Positions 1 through 12,897 of a stretch of 61,267 nucleotides of DNA are shown here, piece after piece (positions within the stretch are counted from its first letter, which is position 1; every line of letters begins with the position of its first letter). The stretch spans positions 1 through 61,267 of the forward strand of contig JAAILG010001832.1 in assembly GCA_012026655.1 (NCBI GenBank), read 5' to 3'. Source of the stretch: Hydrolagus affinis (lineage: Eukaryota). The position numbers and the translations under genes are program-made. The notes below the pieces were generated by a model. The model made no database searches. It saw only the letters and a list, made by a program, of their open reading frames with translations, and was not told where the DNA came from.

Positions 1-1342
1 ATATTTGAATAAGTATTTCTAAGTAACATATCCTACAGATTCATTGCAAATTGATCCTCCAAACCTCTGCTTGGATGTGCACGTTGATTTTGATCTCACG
101 CTGGGTGCTAGGAGCCGTCTACAAAGAAGTAAAAACTGAGAGCGGTGTCTGAGCGGAGTTCCAGAGAGTGGGTTGGGTCACATCAGGGTAACTGAAACTT
201 CTGATATTTTCAAATAGTTGAAGGTGTCCTCAATTTAGACCTGGGTGATTTTGTTCACCGGCAGTTTGATTGAACGCCAGTTAACAGGGACAGAATAGAA
301 CATAAATATGGCAATGATATTGTGTCCGATGGTGAACATGGGCTTGTATTGGTGTAAAAACTGCATAACTGCCAGAAAAAAATGATTGTAAACGTACCCT
401 TGTTGTCTGGTGAGGTTTAGAAACCGAGATCACTGAATTGGAAGCAAACACTTGTGGCCTTCAGGGGATTCCACGGAGAAAATTCATATTGTATGACAGC
501 TGCTTTTTCCAGTGATTAGGCTGTTAGAACACTTATTCAATCTCAATGTTTCCTATGTGGATGTGATTCCACATTATTTTCAGAGCTCAGATGCCCTTAA
601 AAGGCATTTCACCCACAAAATAGTCAATCCACTTTACGATATATTCTGTGAAGCGCTTTGAGACGTCTCAACGGCGTAATAAAGCACTGTATCAAATACA
701 GCCATTGTTATTATTGTAAAATCCTGAGGGGTTTGGGTTATTTTCTGCCAACTGATCCTCAGCCATTCAGGGTTTGGATATAAGATAGCATAAGACATCC
801 CTGCCTCCACTCCCACCCCATCCCACCACCCCTCACTGCTAACAATGCTACAGTTAGAATGAGTTAGGATAAGTAGGTGTGACTTGTGGATCTGGTAACC
901 AGTACAGTGAATGATCAGGAAGAGATTGTTTTGATGTCAGACTGAGATAATGCAGCTGTAGTGCTTGAGATATTTAAGGGAGTATCAGAAGAAATGTCTG
1001 CTTGCCAATCTAAATAGCAGCTCTCCAATTTCAACACTAAAAGCTGCAGAAACCTGGGTAACACATGTTCTTTGGAGTGGAGCAGTTTGGATGCTGACCA
1101 TTGCAAAACAGGACAAGAAGCACAGTAAGAGTTGAGCCAATATCACAAAGTATTTACAGACTCACCTTAGCTCCATGGGCTGCAACTGAACTTAATGTGA
1201 GTCCTATAAGCTACGTCAAATGGAACAAAAACTGTATTCATATAACATGTTACAGGATGTTATGGCACATTACAATAGAATTACACCAAAGTTTGCCTTT
1301 GATGGTCACTTGGTTGATTCCCTATCAGTGATTCTTTTATCT

Positions 1343-1684
1343 AATAATAATAATAATCCTTGCATTTGATACAGCGCTTTCCACATTTTATCAACGTCCC
1401 AAAGCGCTTCACAGAATATACTGTAAAGTGAATTGACTGTATATATTTGTGGGCGAATCGCGGCAGCCAATTGCGCACAGCAGGGTCCCACACACAGTCG
1501 TTGATTGAAATGACCAATTTTATTATTGTGGTTTTTTTGGAGGGATTATTATTAGGTGTGTGGAGTAAGGAAACTTGCCCAAGGTTTGGCCCTGACCTGC
1601 CTGGATTCGAACACAGGTCTCCCCAGCTTGGTCTCCCCAGCTTGCAAGACAAGTGCTCTAACCACTGAGCCACAGGAGCTCCAC
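1343..1684 (-). mobile_element. Full-length tRNA-derived Deu-domain SINE (young family, L2-type tail ending in (ATT)n)
   Basis: Minus strand: head GTGGAGCTCCTGTGGCTCAGTGGTTAGAGC (A box), GTTCGAATCC (B box), Deu core GCTGTGCGCAATTGGCTGCCGCG, tail GAAGCGCTTTGGGACG...ATCAAATGCAAGGATTATTATT. Confidence 0.9.
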
Positions 1685-2199
1685 CTAGTATAACGCCCTG
1701 TCTCATAGAGCCACATCTGCCTCAGCAATGTCCCCAACAATTCAAAGGGGAAATGTTCTTGTAGCATGTCTTAAAACCACAAATCTTACACATTTTGATT
1801 CATGATCTGGCCTAAGTTAACTGAGGCCTCAAATCCTTGTAGCCTTAAAATGTAACAGCAGGCAGAATGTCGGGGAGTTTTTAAATCAACCTTAATCTGG
1901 AACCTTAAAAAGAATGGCAGCAAAAAAAGTTTCCAAATTAGAACTGTCTTGCAGAATTTTTCTAATTTTTCATGATTTTAAATTTTAAGCGAATCACCTT
2001 CAGGCAAGGTGACTCCTGTATGGATTGTCAGGCCTGTGGAGGCTTCAAAGATGCTCTTGAAACACTTGAAGGTTTGTCTGTACGATCATTTAGGCCAATG
2101 TTTTGCATCTGTTTAGATATCAGGGATCAGCTCAGTTTCTTATTAAAATGTCCTGGACCATCAGTAAATGAGCCGTTGGATCAGTCACTTTGATTTCTG

Positions 2200-2537
2200 G
2201 TATGGACCCACCAGATTATGTCAGGCTAGCACCAGTCCTCTGACTTATTGAGAAACTTAGATTGAGCTTAAGTGCTTTGGCTGAGACATTAAACCGAGTC
2301 ATCGTCTACCTGATCATGTGGATATTAAAAAATGCAGCTGCACTATTCAAAAAGAGAGGGCATTTTCCCCAGTGTTTGGCCACAAATCCCCCAAATAATA
2401 CGACTGTATGTGGCACACGGCAGTGCACACATCGACTGCGCTTCACTTTACATTACATCCTGTGAATGCTTCAAGACATCTTCCTGATACGAAAGGCGTT
2501 CTATAAAATGTAAGGATTATTATTATTATTTATTATT
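2200..2537 (+). mobile_element. Old, diverged Deu-SINE (SacSINE1/AmnSINE-like) remnant
   Basis: GAGACATTAAACCGAG...GCACTATTCAAAAAGAG central domain and (ATT)n tail. Confidence 0.6.
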
Positions 2538-3636
2538 GAGTGTTATATTCTTGTATCATGCCCAGGCACCCGATAGGGCTAGTTGTACAATTGTGGGTCA
2601 AAAAAAATGAATAATATGCTTGGGAGTGTATCTGATTGTCTGCTAAGTATTGCAACATAGCTGAGGCATTCTCATTGGGATATCATTTCTAACAGTTGAT
2701 CCCTGGTGAGGAAGGATAGCTGTTGAGAGACGTTACTTGCAGGAAAGAGTGAGACCGTCTATTATGATACAAGGTTTACTGAATCAGGCCGGAAGTTAAT
2801 CAGGATCTTAGCAGCAAACCAAGTAATAAAATATTAAATACAGTGTACGCGATAAGGAAACTCAAGAGAGATGCACATTTCTCACCAGTACAGCCAGGCA
2901 GATGCAACTAAATTGCATATGTAACAAAAGGGATTAGTGGATTAAGAGGATTACTAGAAAGTTCAAAATGCATATATTCATATATACACAGTTACACTGA
3001 GGGCCCTCTTCATATGTTTGATTGCTGTAACCATTAGTAACTCCTGTGATAAGGTACCTGAGGCACATTCATTATCAGACTCATGTTGGTTAAAAACCCT
3101 GCGGCCAGATGTGAACATTTGACAGGTCTGCAGTTTGATTTTAGGCAAAATTGAGAATAATAAATATTCTGAGGATTTTATCTGTTAAACAATATATTAC
3201 AGCACTTCCATTTGTGCCTGGTATTTATTGGAGTTCTTAAGGCTAAATGGTAAACTTAATTTTTGTTGATGCGCATTATTTATTTTATTTTTTAAAGAAG
3301 GCTTTGTGTTGTATTTACATTTTGGGAATTCCAGCCACATCGACAATTGACAGATATTATATTTGAATCCCAAAAGATTTTTTTTACAAAAATAGGCGAT
3401 TCTAGCATTACCTCACAGCTCGCTCAGCTGGGAAAGCTGGCACCTGGAAGAAAACTGAGCTGGACAGACCCAATAAGGTTCTAGTGATCCCAGTCCTGAC
3501 ACCAGTTTGGGCTCCACAGATACCTCAGTGGATTGCATTATGGAGAGGTGTAGCAGTCAGGTTTCAAGCCACTGCTGGCAAGTGGAAAGGATATGTACAC
3601 ATTGGAAAAGCATAGGATCAGCTCAGACAATGGTGG

Positions 3637-4160
3637 TTGATGATCAAGGCATTGGAAAGGGTGCAAAGGAGATTGATCAGGATGGTACTGGGAATGAGGG
3701 ACTTTAGTTATGAGCAGAGGCTAGAGAAGCTGGGATTATTCTCCTTGGAGCAGAGAAGGTTAGGAGGAGACTTAATAGAAGTTTTTGAAACTTTCAGGGG
3801 ATTTGTTAGGGTGAACAAGCATAAACTGTTCCACTGGCAGAAACCACTGGGAGAAACTGTTTCACTGGTGGTAACCCAAGGACACTGATTTAAAATAGTT
3901 GTTAAAAGAAACAGAAGTGAGGTGAGGAGAAATATTGTCACCTAGTTGCCTGAAAGGGTTGGTGGAAACTGATTCAATAACAACTTTTAAGAGAGATGTA
4001 GACAATGATTTGGGGGGGGGACAAGTTTGCAGGGCTATGGGGAGAGGGTGGGAGAGTAGGGTTGATTTGGCAAGGTTCTTTTCGAAGAAATGACATGAAT
4101 ATGATGGACCGAATGGCCTCCTTGTGGGCTGTGCAATACAGTACTATGACTCTGTGATGA
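3637..4160 (+). mobile_element. CR1 LINE 3' fragment (ORF2 C-terminus plus 3' UTR)
   Basis: ORF 3637-3888 ALERVQRR...SYEQRLEKLGLFSLEQRRLGGDLIEVF is the typical CR1 ORF2 end; GGACCGAATGGCCTCCT 3' motif. Confidence 0.9.
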
Positions 4161-5026
4161 TTGATTAAATCTAAATCTGGTTCTGTGATGTCACTCAAAA
4201 AGAAAAGCATATCTTAATTGAGGTAAATTCTGTTGGAGTTCATTATTAATTACATATAAATGTAAGGATCTGAGGCCTACAATTCTACCTAATGTGAGCC
4301 CATGAGTTAATTTTACCTTAAAATTTAAGATTGCTTAAAATTTTGGAACATGCTTAAATTCAATCTTAATTTTGGAAGCCAGCTGTTTTTAAGTGTTTCA
4401 GATAAGGTGCTGTAAGAATAGAATTTCACAAGTTTCCAAGCCACCTTGTACTTTCTTTCATGTACAATTCTCAGCACAGAGTTACATAGAATATTACAAC
4501 TGAGAAAAAGGGCCATTCAATCCAATTTTCCATGTTGGCGTGTATGCTTCACATAACTCTCTAACCCACTTAATCCTCCCTCCCCCTCCAATATTCTTCT
4601 ATTTCCTTTTCCCTCATGTATTCATATGGGACGAACATCTCAAAGCATCAGTATCTCTTGGTACTTGGTAATCAGAAAAGGTACAGCACATCCGTTTTGT
4701 GCACCTATTCATAAATCTGAGGAATGACACTACTGGGAGACAGACCTGTTTCATTAGGTTCTCAGCTATCTATCTTGCAGTCACTTCAGTTGCTGATGGG
4801 CCTTTAATGTTGTGATTTGTGTTTTTGCCACTTTATTGAGAAATAGATTCTGTGGGAATGCTTCAGGCGAAATGCCAATACACGATAATTATAAAACAAT
4901 TCCAAGCTGCTTACCAATTCACTTGTTAGCTCCAAGCAAATTATCTCACAGATTTTATTATTAATTTGCATGAAGTTGTCGGTCAGGAAAGAGGGAGAGG
5001 ATTTTCATTTCCTTTCAGCAGACATC

Positions 5027-5510
5027 AGCCTGGCTCAGATGGTTGCATCCTTGCTTCTAAGTCACACTGGGACTTCCAGCTCACTCTCCAGTGGGATACT
5101 GGATAGTGACAGTGGCTGACACTGTGAATTGCTGGGGAGCGTTGCCTTGATAGAGATGTTGTATTATCAGATGGTTTGTTAAATCAATGTCCCGTCTGCT
5201 TGTTCAGGTGAACATTAAAGATCCAAAGGCACTATTCGAAAAGAGGAGCTACTCCTGGTACTCCAGCCAACAACTCCCCAGATGAAATTGGCCATTCATT
5301 TCACGGCTCTTTGTGAGACATTGCTGTGTGCAAATTGGAAAATTGGAACCTCGCCTGCTTTTATACAGGCAAAGCATGGGGCTTAATATTGAATATCATT
5401 GGAGATGGAATGGAAATAATTATGTTTCCAGGAAGGGGTCATAATTCAGCTGTGATCAGTGCTCTGTAATGCTATCCTGCATGAAATATTCTATATAAAT
5501 GCATGTTGTT
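5027..5510 (+). mobile_element. Old Deu-SINE remnant
   Basis: GGCTCAGATGGTTGCA head; TTAAAGATCCAAAGGCACTATTCGAA and GACATTGCTGTGTGCAAATTGG core. Confidence 0.6.
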
Positions 5511-5712
5511 TTGGATGTTTGTTTCTGAATCACAATCATTGTGATTCAGGAACAAATTGGATTACACTGAAATAATGGTTTAGCATTTGTTGAAGTTGTC
5601 AATCATTTGTCCAATTACTGTAACTCAAGTGCATTTAGAGGTTAGAGCCTGACCCTAGCTCGGGTCTGAAACACTGACTGTCCAGCGCCTTGGGACATCC
5701 TCCCAATGTAAA

Positions 5713-6108
5713 ACAACAACAACAAGAACAAAATTGCACTTATATAGCGCCTCTCAAATCGGGAGGACGTCCCAAAGCGCTGAACAGTCGGGTCAGGACC
5801 TGAGTGGTGGTGGGAGGGGGAAGGGGAAGGAGAGTGGGAGAGGGGGAAGAGTTAGGTGGGGGGTGCCGAAGGCACGGTCGAAGAGGAAGGTCTTGAGACC
5901 GGCCTTGAAGGAGGAAAGGGAGGAAGCGAGGGGGAGGGGCTGCGGGATGGAGTTCCACAGTGTGGGAGCAGAGAGGCTGAAAGCCCAGCCACCGATGGTT
6001 GGGAGGTTAGGGCGGTGGACGTGGAGCAGGCCAGAGGCTGCTGAACGGAGGGTGCAGGCACAGGCTGATAGGGAGACAGAGAGATGGGCGGGGGCAAGGC
6101 TGTGAAAG
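5713..6108 (-). mobile_element. L2 LINE 3' fragment with (GTT)n tail, nested in an opposite-strand L2 tail (5645-6136)
   Basis: ORF 5793-6119 TLRS...GGWAFSLSAPTLWNSIP...SFKAGLKTFLFDRAF is the L2 ORF2 C-terminus; tail stem-loop AGCGCTTTGGGACGTCC...AGGCGCTATATAAG; imperfect TSD ATGTAAAACAA/ACGTTAAACAA. Confidence 0.88.
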
Positions 6109-9100
6109 ACGTTAAACAAATGTAATGTTGTTGTTAGGGTAACTAGCTGTTGATGGGTGCAGAAGGGATAGATCTGGCTATTGTTTTTGATATGAACGGA
6201 ATGATTAGCGAGTTATTGGGTACAACCACATTCCAGATCTTAACAGTGAAGCTGTCATAATTGCCAGGTCCCAGCTCCTTAGAATCTGGGCCCTAAAGTT
6301 CTTCTAAAAACTCTGACCTGGAATGTAGGACCATGCAGAATTTGGGGAAGCATTTTGAAATTCAGTCTTCATATGAAAGCTGCTTTTTGGGGGTTAGTGT
6401 GGAAGCTCAAGGTCCAAATTAAGATTACATTTAAAAACTGGTTTCATATTAAATTTAAAATCATCCTTCAATTGTATGAGAATTAACTTGCGGCACTTAT
6501 AATGCAAGAGCATAGCAGGAATGTCAGGGGCTCATTCTTTTTTTCTCCCAAATCAATTAATACCATGGTCTAAATTTCTTAATGCATAAGAAGTTTCATG
6601 CCTTTGGTGTCCTAGTACACTAAACCTTGCATAACTCTTACCTTTTATAAATTGTATAATCACCCAATTCATACATTCACCAAGTCCCATTCAGGCTCCC
6701 AACAAAACCACTTTGATTTATTTGCACTATTCGTGTTACTCATCCACTAACTCATAACTCCAGACTCCTGGCTTTCATTACTCCTGCACTTACTGGTTGG
6801 GTTGAATCATGTGGAAAAGAGTTTGAGCCCGTCGTCGCATGTACAGAAGAACAGAATTTCTTGCCGTTCAATGTGATCCCAACACTTGCCAGAAAGGCTT
6901 GGGTAGAAGAATATTGAATCATTGGAAATGTAATCGTTACCCTCATCGCTTGCTCACTTACCAGCTGCATTGAATTACGCATGTGTAATGTGGATTATTG
7001 ATTGAATCTGATTTTTTACAACAATTTACCTGCAACTCGGACCTTGCATAAGTCATATTAAATGTTAAGATCCCGACTGATACAACTCATGGCCTTACTG
7101 TGGTGTAACATGGAGATATTTTGTATTTATTATTTGACTGGATTCCTTGTTTAATTTCCACTTTAAGATCCCCCAACATTGGAGCAGTGTGCTGCAGTCC
7201 AATTGGCTGCCCTAATGTTTGTCCTAGTCACAGTAGGTTTTAGGCATGACTGATTTTGTCATGTTTGGGCTGATGTCAAGAGGCTACCAGGTCCCTGTGA
7301 ATTGTGAATGTATTAGTAACAGGCAGTGTGTTGGTGTTGTGAAGACCCTTTGTATTTTAGAAGGTTACAGAGCTTATTAAATGTGGCTGCTACACAGCCT
7401 GGAATGCTAATGAACATGGGCATATCGTCTTTCACTAGAACGCTTGGCATATCATGGAAGGATACTCACAGATCTATGTCTAGAACCCAGTCTGACCCTC
7501 TATGTCTGCCTTTAGTGTTTGATCACCATTTGATACCAAAGGGGACAGATGGATCCAAACCAAAGATGTCTGAATTGGGACACTTGCTTAATTGACTCAG
7601 AGCAAGTGCAATCCAGATTCTTCAGCTTCAAAAGTAGTTTGTAGTTTATTCAACCCTGAACTACCAACAACAGTTATGGAAATTGAATCATTTACTTTGG
7701 TTTTTTAAGTGTTTCATAATCCGTTCAATGTTTTATCATGGCAGATGCATCATGCAGTGCCTCTATTTTACCCTACTGTATAAATGTACGTACAAATACA
7801 GCAGCATTTGTTAATGTCCTTTGCATTTATTAAAGATGACATTGAATTCTATACTCCAGGGCATTAGTTCAAACCAAACTCATGCATAAAATATTAGAGT
7901 TTAATGATATTTTAATTAATTACTATAGTGATTTAACAAAGCAACACACTTTTCATAGAAAGTATGCCACTTATTCTGAATGATCTGATCAATAATGCTG
8001 ATATGTACTCGTTGGACCTTACACCCATTGCTCACAACACTGGGAGCAAAACCTTTCAGCATGAAAAGCTGGACACTGCTGTGAAGGCTTCAAATACAAA
8101 CCTTATCCTTGTAGGATAGTTAAACCATATGAATTATATTAACTGTCCAAAAAGTTACGAGCGCACTCTTATGCTTTTTCCAAGAGACTTGTAAAATAAT
8201 CAGCTGACATGATCAAAGAGCCCATTTTTAAAGTGCAATGTAACATTTCTGATAATACAGGAATGTTGAAAGTTGCCATTTTGTGGTATGATGGTTAGAT
8301 AGGAACTATTTGCAATTTGCTGAAGTTATTTTTCAAAGAATGTTGGCAAGTATTTCTTCCCGATTTCAGTCATGGAGAAGCAGCAACTTTCCTAACCTCG
8401 TAATTAAATTGAAACTACGTACATAAATCCACCATTCTCATCTTCTTTCACTTTCTGTTTTGCGTTTAGTCTCTGTTATTCAGGAATGAAAACTATTTAT
8501 GTGTTATTATGCGGCGTTGTGATAATGTTCGTTACACATTGGCCGACTCCTGCGGATACAGATTTAAAAGGGAGACAAACTGTGCTTGAGAAGTAAAGGT
8601 ATTAAGGGGTATGGACATAGTCCACCCAATAATCCAATATTTTAATGATAGTGAACATGACTAATAATGACTGTATTGGGAGTCTTGATGTTGCTGTCAG
8701 GAGTGGGAGACATATATTTCCTGCAAGAGTAAAAGAAGAAAGAACAAACGTAATATGTTCTCATGTTGAAATGTTTGGGACATCCTCCCAACGCTATATA
8801 AGTGTAATTTAGTTGTTCTTGTTGTTGTTGTCTGAAAAGTATTTTATATTAATTACTGTCGAGTGTAAAGTACTGTTTTGGTAAACAACTGTTTGGGATG
8901 AAGCAAGTGATCAATTTTGTCTGAAGGATTGCTGAATAGAACATTGGGAGAAACTTTTCTTTTTAACAATTGTGATGGGATCTTTAACACCAAAGGAAGA
9001 ACAGGCAGGTTTCAAGTCTCATCCAAAGAACGACACCTTGAACAATACGATTTCCACCCATCAGTACTGTACTGGATTGTCCGGCTAGACTGTGAGGTCT

Positions 9101-10379
9101 AGTTCCAATGTAGAGATAAAACCAGAAAGCCTCTAGTGTTGCACCAACTGAGCCAAACTGAGGCCAGTGAGTGACCCAAGGAAAGGAGACCAAAATCTGT
9201 GCTATAAATATTTTGTGGTCTTCCGCAAAACACAGACATGCATTTCCATGCTCAATTTATTTATGTTGCCGCTTAACTAATATCATGAGTTTTAATGACA
9301 GTTTCAATTTAAATGTGTCTTGTTCATGTCTAGAAAATTGTTTACCGCAGGCTGGTAACTTGTGAGTAGTATAAATATTTTTGCAAAACCACAAACTGGA
9401 ATACTTACAGCATAATAAATAATCCAAAGGCCTGTCTGAAACAATGGCAGCAAAGTGGAGAGAGTCCATTCCTGGGCAGGTGTGGATGTGTGTGGTCTCT
9501 GGGCAGCTCAGGCTATCTCCAGCAGCATCCATATTAAGGGACATTATAGTTGCCATTGAGCTTATGTAAGCGATTGCCTACAAAATACACAGTCACTACA
9601 CTTTACAGTATGTCGTGCTAAGTTCTGAACTAAAGCACTATATCAAATGCAATAATTAATCATTAATTAATTATGAATTATTATTTATAATTATTATTAA
9701 TAATAATAATTACAACCTGGAACAGTCGTAGCGCTCTCACCTCTGAGTCAGAAGTTTGTGGGTTCAAGTCCCACGTTGGTTTCACATTATCTGAGCTGAT
9801 ATTCCAATGCAGTGCTGGGATGTGTTGTATTGTCAGAGGTGTTGTATGTTCTTCAGGTGAGACATTAAAAGTGCTGGAAGGCCAAGCTGGCTGGTGTGTC
9901 TTTTGTCTCAGGGACCAGATTACATTGGCCACCACAAAGGAATAACTCAAATCCAATATTCCATTAGCAGTCACCTCATCATGGAGCCAGTGCAGGTCCC
10001 AAGGAAACCCTGAGAGGGTAGTCACTAGTTGCCATTAATGCAGGTTTGACTCGTGCTGGATCACAGCAGATACCAAGAACTCCTGTGAGCCTCTTTTGTT
10101 AGTCCCACAACTCACCGAGAAATATGTGGGGGTATTATTACCATTGTGCTACCCACAGCTCATAAACAGATCCCGAGGCATTGAGACACCATTTGCTCCT
10201 AAACTTTAAGACAGTAGTCTTAATGCTGAGATCACGAGAAGTTTTCGGCCTCTGAAGTCTGAATTGCCCTACGTAGATATATAATGCCTATAAATGAACA
10301 TGTTTAGACGTACGGCATAAATCTCTTGGACTTCAACAAGTCAAATTGCATCCACTGATCTGCTTATCCACTCGCAGCA

Positions 10380-10680
10380 GTCACTTGGGGAGTGCTACCC
10401 TGTCAGATGTGTCATTCTTCAGAGGAGATATTAAACTGAGATCCCATCTGCCTATTCAGATAGACATTAAAGATCCCATGCCACTATTTAAAATGAGAGG
10501 GAGTTTCTCTTTGTGCCCAGGCCAACAATCTTCCAAATTAATTGGTCTTATGGCTGTTTGTTGGACATTTTTGGCTGCCACATTTGCCTACACAAAATAC
10601 AGTAACTATACTTGGTAGTAATTATTTGTGAAATACTTTTGAGATGGGATAAAGCATTATAAAAATACGACTTGCTTCTT
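10380..10680 (+). mobile_element. Old Deu-SINE remnant
   Basis: GAGATATTAAACTGAG...GACATTAAAGATCCCATGCCACTATTT...TTGGCTGCCACATTTGCCTAC. Confidence 0.65.
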
Positions 10681-12093
10681 TCTTAGTGGCTGTGCATTGA
10701 CCAGTTTTGATGTCAGTGACAAGGTGACGTGCGAGAAAATGTGGAGTTTTCATTTCAAAATCCTTCCAGCTCAAAGCAGTAAAAAACGCTGCAGTCTTTG
10801 TAAGCGCCAGAATACACGGTGGTGTCCTGCTCTGCTCTGCAGGGATTCAGTCCTCAATAGGTTAATCAGAAGAACAAAAAAAGTCTTGCTTCCAGTCGTA
10901 CAGCTGCAGGGGGTTCCAGCTAATTCCAGGAACAAAAGAGAGACTAATGCAATAAAAAGCCAGTGGCAGCAGAGACCATTTTATTCACGGTAACATGCAT
11001 TCCTGGTAGCTGTGGTGAAGGCAGTGAATTAGAGTAAGTAGTCAGGGAGCATGTCGGAGATGCAAAGGAGGAGATGTGGTGAGTGCAGAATAATCACAGA
11101 TGCAGCATGAACAGGGTGCTGTGGCCTTTACACTTTTTGATGGAATCTAGTGCTGAGAGATGAGTGGCCGTTTTGGGCACTTGCGTGGGGTATGTTGATA
11201 ATCTCTTGTTCGCTAATAAATGTGGAGAACCCTAACTTACAGCAAAGTATCGTCGTAAAAGTGCGTTCCCACTCCACGAATGGCTAGGGGCTAGATTGAT
11301 GTCAAGTGAGACAATGCATCCTTCTCCTAATCACTATTGAGTGACTCCTGGTGGAAGTGAAGTGTTTAAGCTGTTGAAGGTCCCAAGATTCTCAACTCGG
11401 CTCGGTTTGCAAGAGCATTTTGTCTTAAAATGCGGGATTTCAACTCTTAAATTTACTCGTAATGCGTGGGAAAAAAAAACTCGGGAAACAGCTTTCAAAT
11501 GAAGGCTTGCTTTTAAGATTTCTCCACAACCCCACACAGACAAAATGGTCTGACAGACTAAAACTAGGTGATACATGGGGCCTCAGTTAATGACACCCCT
11601 CATTGTTGTATACCTTGCTATATGTCACTGAACATCAACTTCTGGAGTGTCACATAGTTAGTTCCTTGTACCAGTCTGGATTGACGTGCATTATCCACAT
11701 CAAACATAGACAAGGTTTGACTGTTAGGCTTTACTGGTTTAATTCAGTTCTCAACTGCAATAGTTAACAGCACTGACATAGTCTAAACAATGACATGTTG
11801 CAGTCTGCTCCCACACTAGCAGAGAGCAATAACAATGGACTTCTCTTGGCTTGGAAATACACCCATCAGCTTCTTTTGCAGATTGGGTTGTTTATCTTCA
11901 CTTGCCTATGCACAGTGCTGCCTACATCGCTCATGCGGGCTTTTGAAGCTGGCACAAACATCGGGCAGATGGATTGAGCCAAAGGGTTGCATTTGGATAA
12001 AACTCCTTAGTAAATAAAAAAAACACAAATTGGAAACTGCAACCAATGTGCCTTCATAATAGCAAACAGCATGCGGCATACAACATGCCAAGC

Positions 12094-12114
12094 GTGTGTG
12101 TGTGTGTGTGTGTG
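12094..12114. repeat. (TG)n microsatellite
   Basis: Direct reading; similar tracts at ~13153-13172, 17069-17098 and 60666-60738. Confidence 0.9.
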
Positions 12115-12759
12115 CGCCAGAAAGAGTTTCTTTTCATTTATTTCACTGGGAAATGTAGCCGAGTTATTTCTGCAGGTGTTTTGTGACACTTGTTTATGGC
12201 TGGATGGAATCTAAAGAGCTAGGCCAGCACACCAGGAAGGAATAGCAAATAAAGACTCTAACCACCCTCCTCCCACTCCCTTTTGAAGGTTGTTTCCTTT
12301 GAGAAATTACTTGTAGTTTATTTCAGGATTTGTGGACAAGCCAAAGAGAGCAGCTGAGGGGTTAACTTGAAAGTGCAGCTTCCTTCTCTACTGCTGGAGG
12401 AGGTTCCTATTTTACAATATTTCTCAGTTCAGTAATCCGAATGAGGACACCTTCTAGTAATGCACACAGACTCGAGAGAGAGCTCTGCTCTGAAAAAGAT
12501 TGAGATGGAGAGGCATTCCAACGAGTTTCTATGACAGATGCCAACTCATAAAAATCCATTGGAAAACACGGACAAGTTGATCTCTTTTCCCCCAATGGAT
12601 CAATGCTTGCTAGTGAGTGCATTTTTGTAGCAATGAGAGATATATAGACCACCAATGCGATTCCTTTTTTTTGGGCTGTTCTTAACCAGGACCATAAATG
12701 GGGCATTGGAACTGTTCTCAGCTTCTGAACTGAGGAGGGGGAACACAAATGAACAAGCC

Positions 12760-12897
12760 CCAGTTCTGACGAAGGGTTCTAGACCCGAAACGTTGACTCT
12801 TTTTCCTTTCTCCATGGATGCTGCCTGACCTGCTGAGTTTCCCCAGCAGCTTCTGTTTTTGTTTCAGATTCCCAGCATCTGTAGTATTTTGTGTTTT
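12760..12897 (+). mobile_element. Penelope-like element terminal fragment (chondrichthyan type)
   Basis: TCTGACGAAGGGT...ACCCGAAACGTTGACTCT...GATGCTGCCTGACCTGCTGAGTTTCCCCAGCA...TTTGTTTCAGATTCCCAGCATCTGTAGT, recognised as the common shark Penelope end. Confidence 0.7.
12762..12798 (+). ncRNA. Minimal type I hammerhead ribozyme motif (Penelope-associated)
   Basis: Stem I AGTT/GACT; core CTGACGA plus an extra A; stem II GGGT-TCTAG-ACCC; GAAA; palindromic AACGTT in place of stem III; predicted GUU cleavage after 12794. Confidence 0.65.

Noticed and set aside
1341-1706. Recurring 100-150 aa ORFs (also 27993, 40824, 42088, 54339) and tRNA-like heads
   Set aside because: They are translations of SINE copies. 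The heads have A and B boxes but run into SINE bodies, so they are not tRNA genes.
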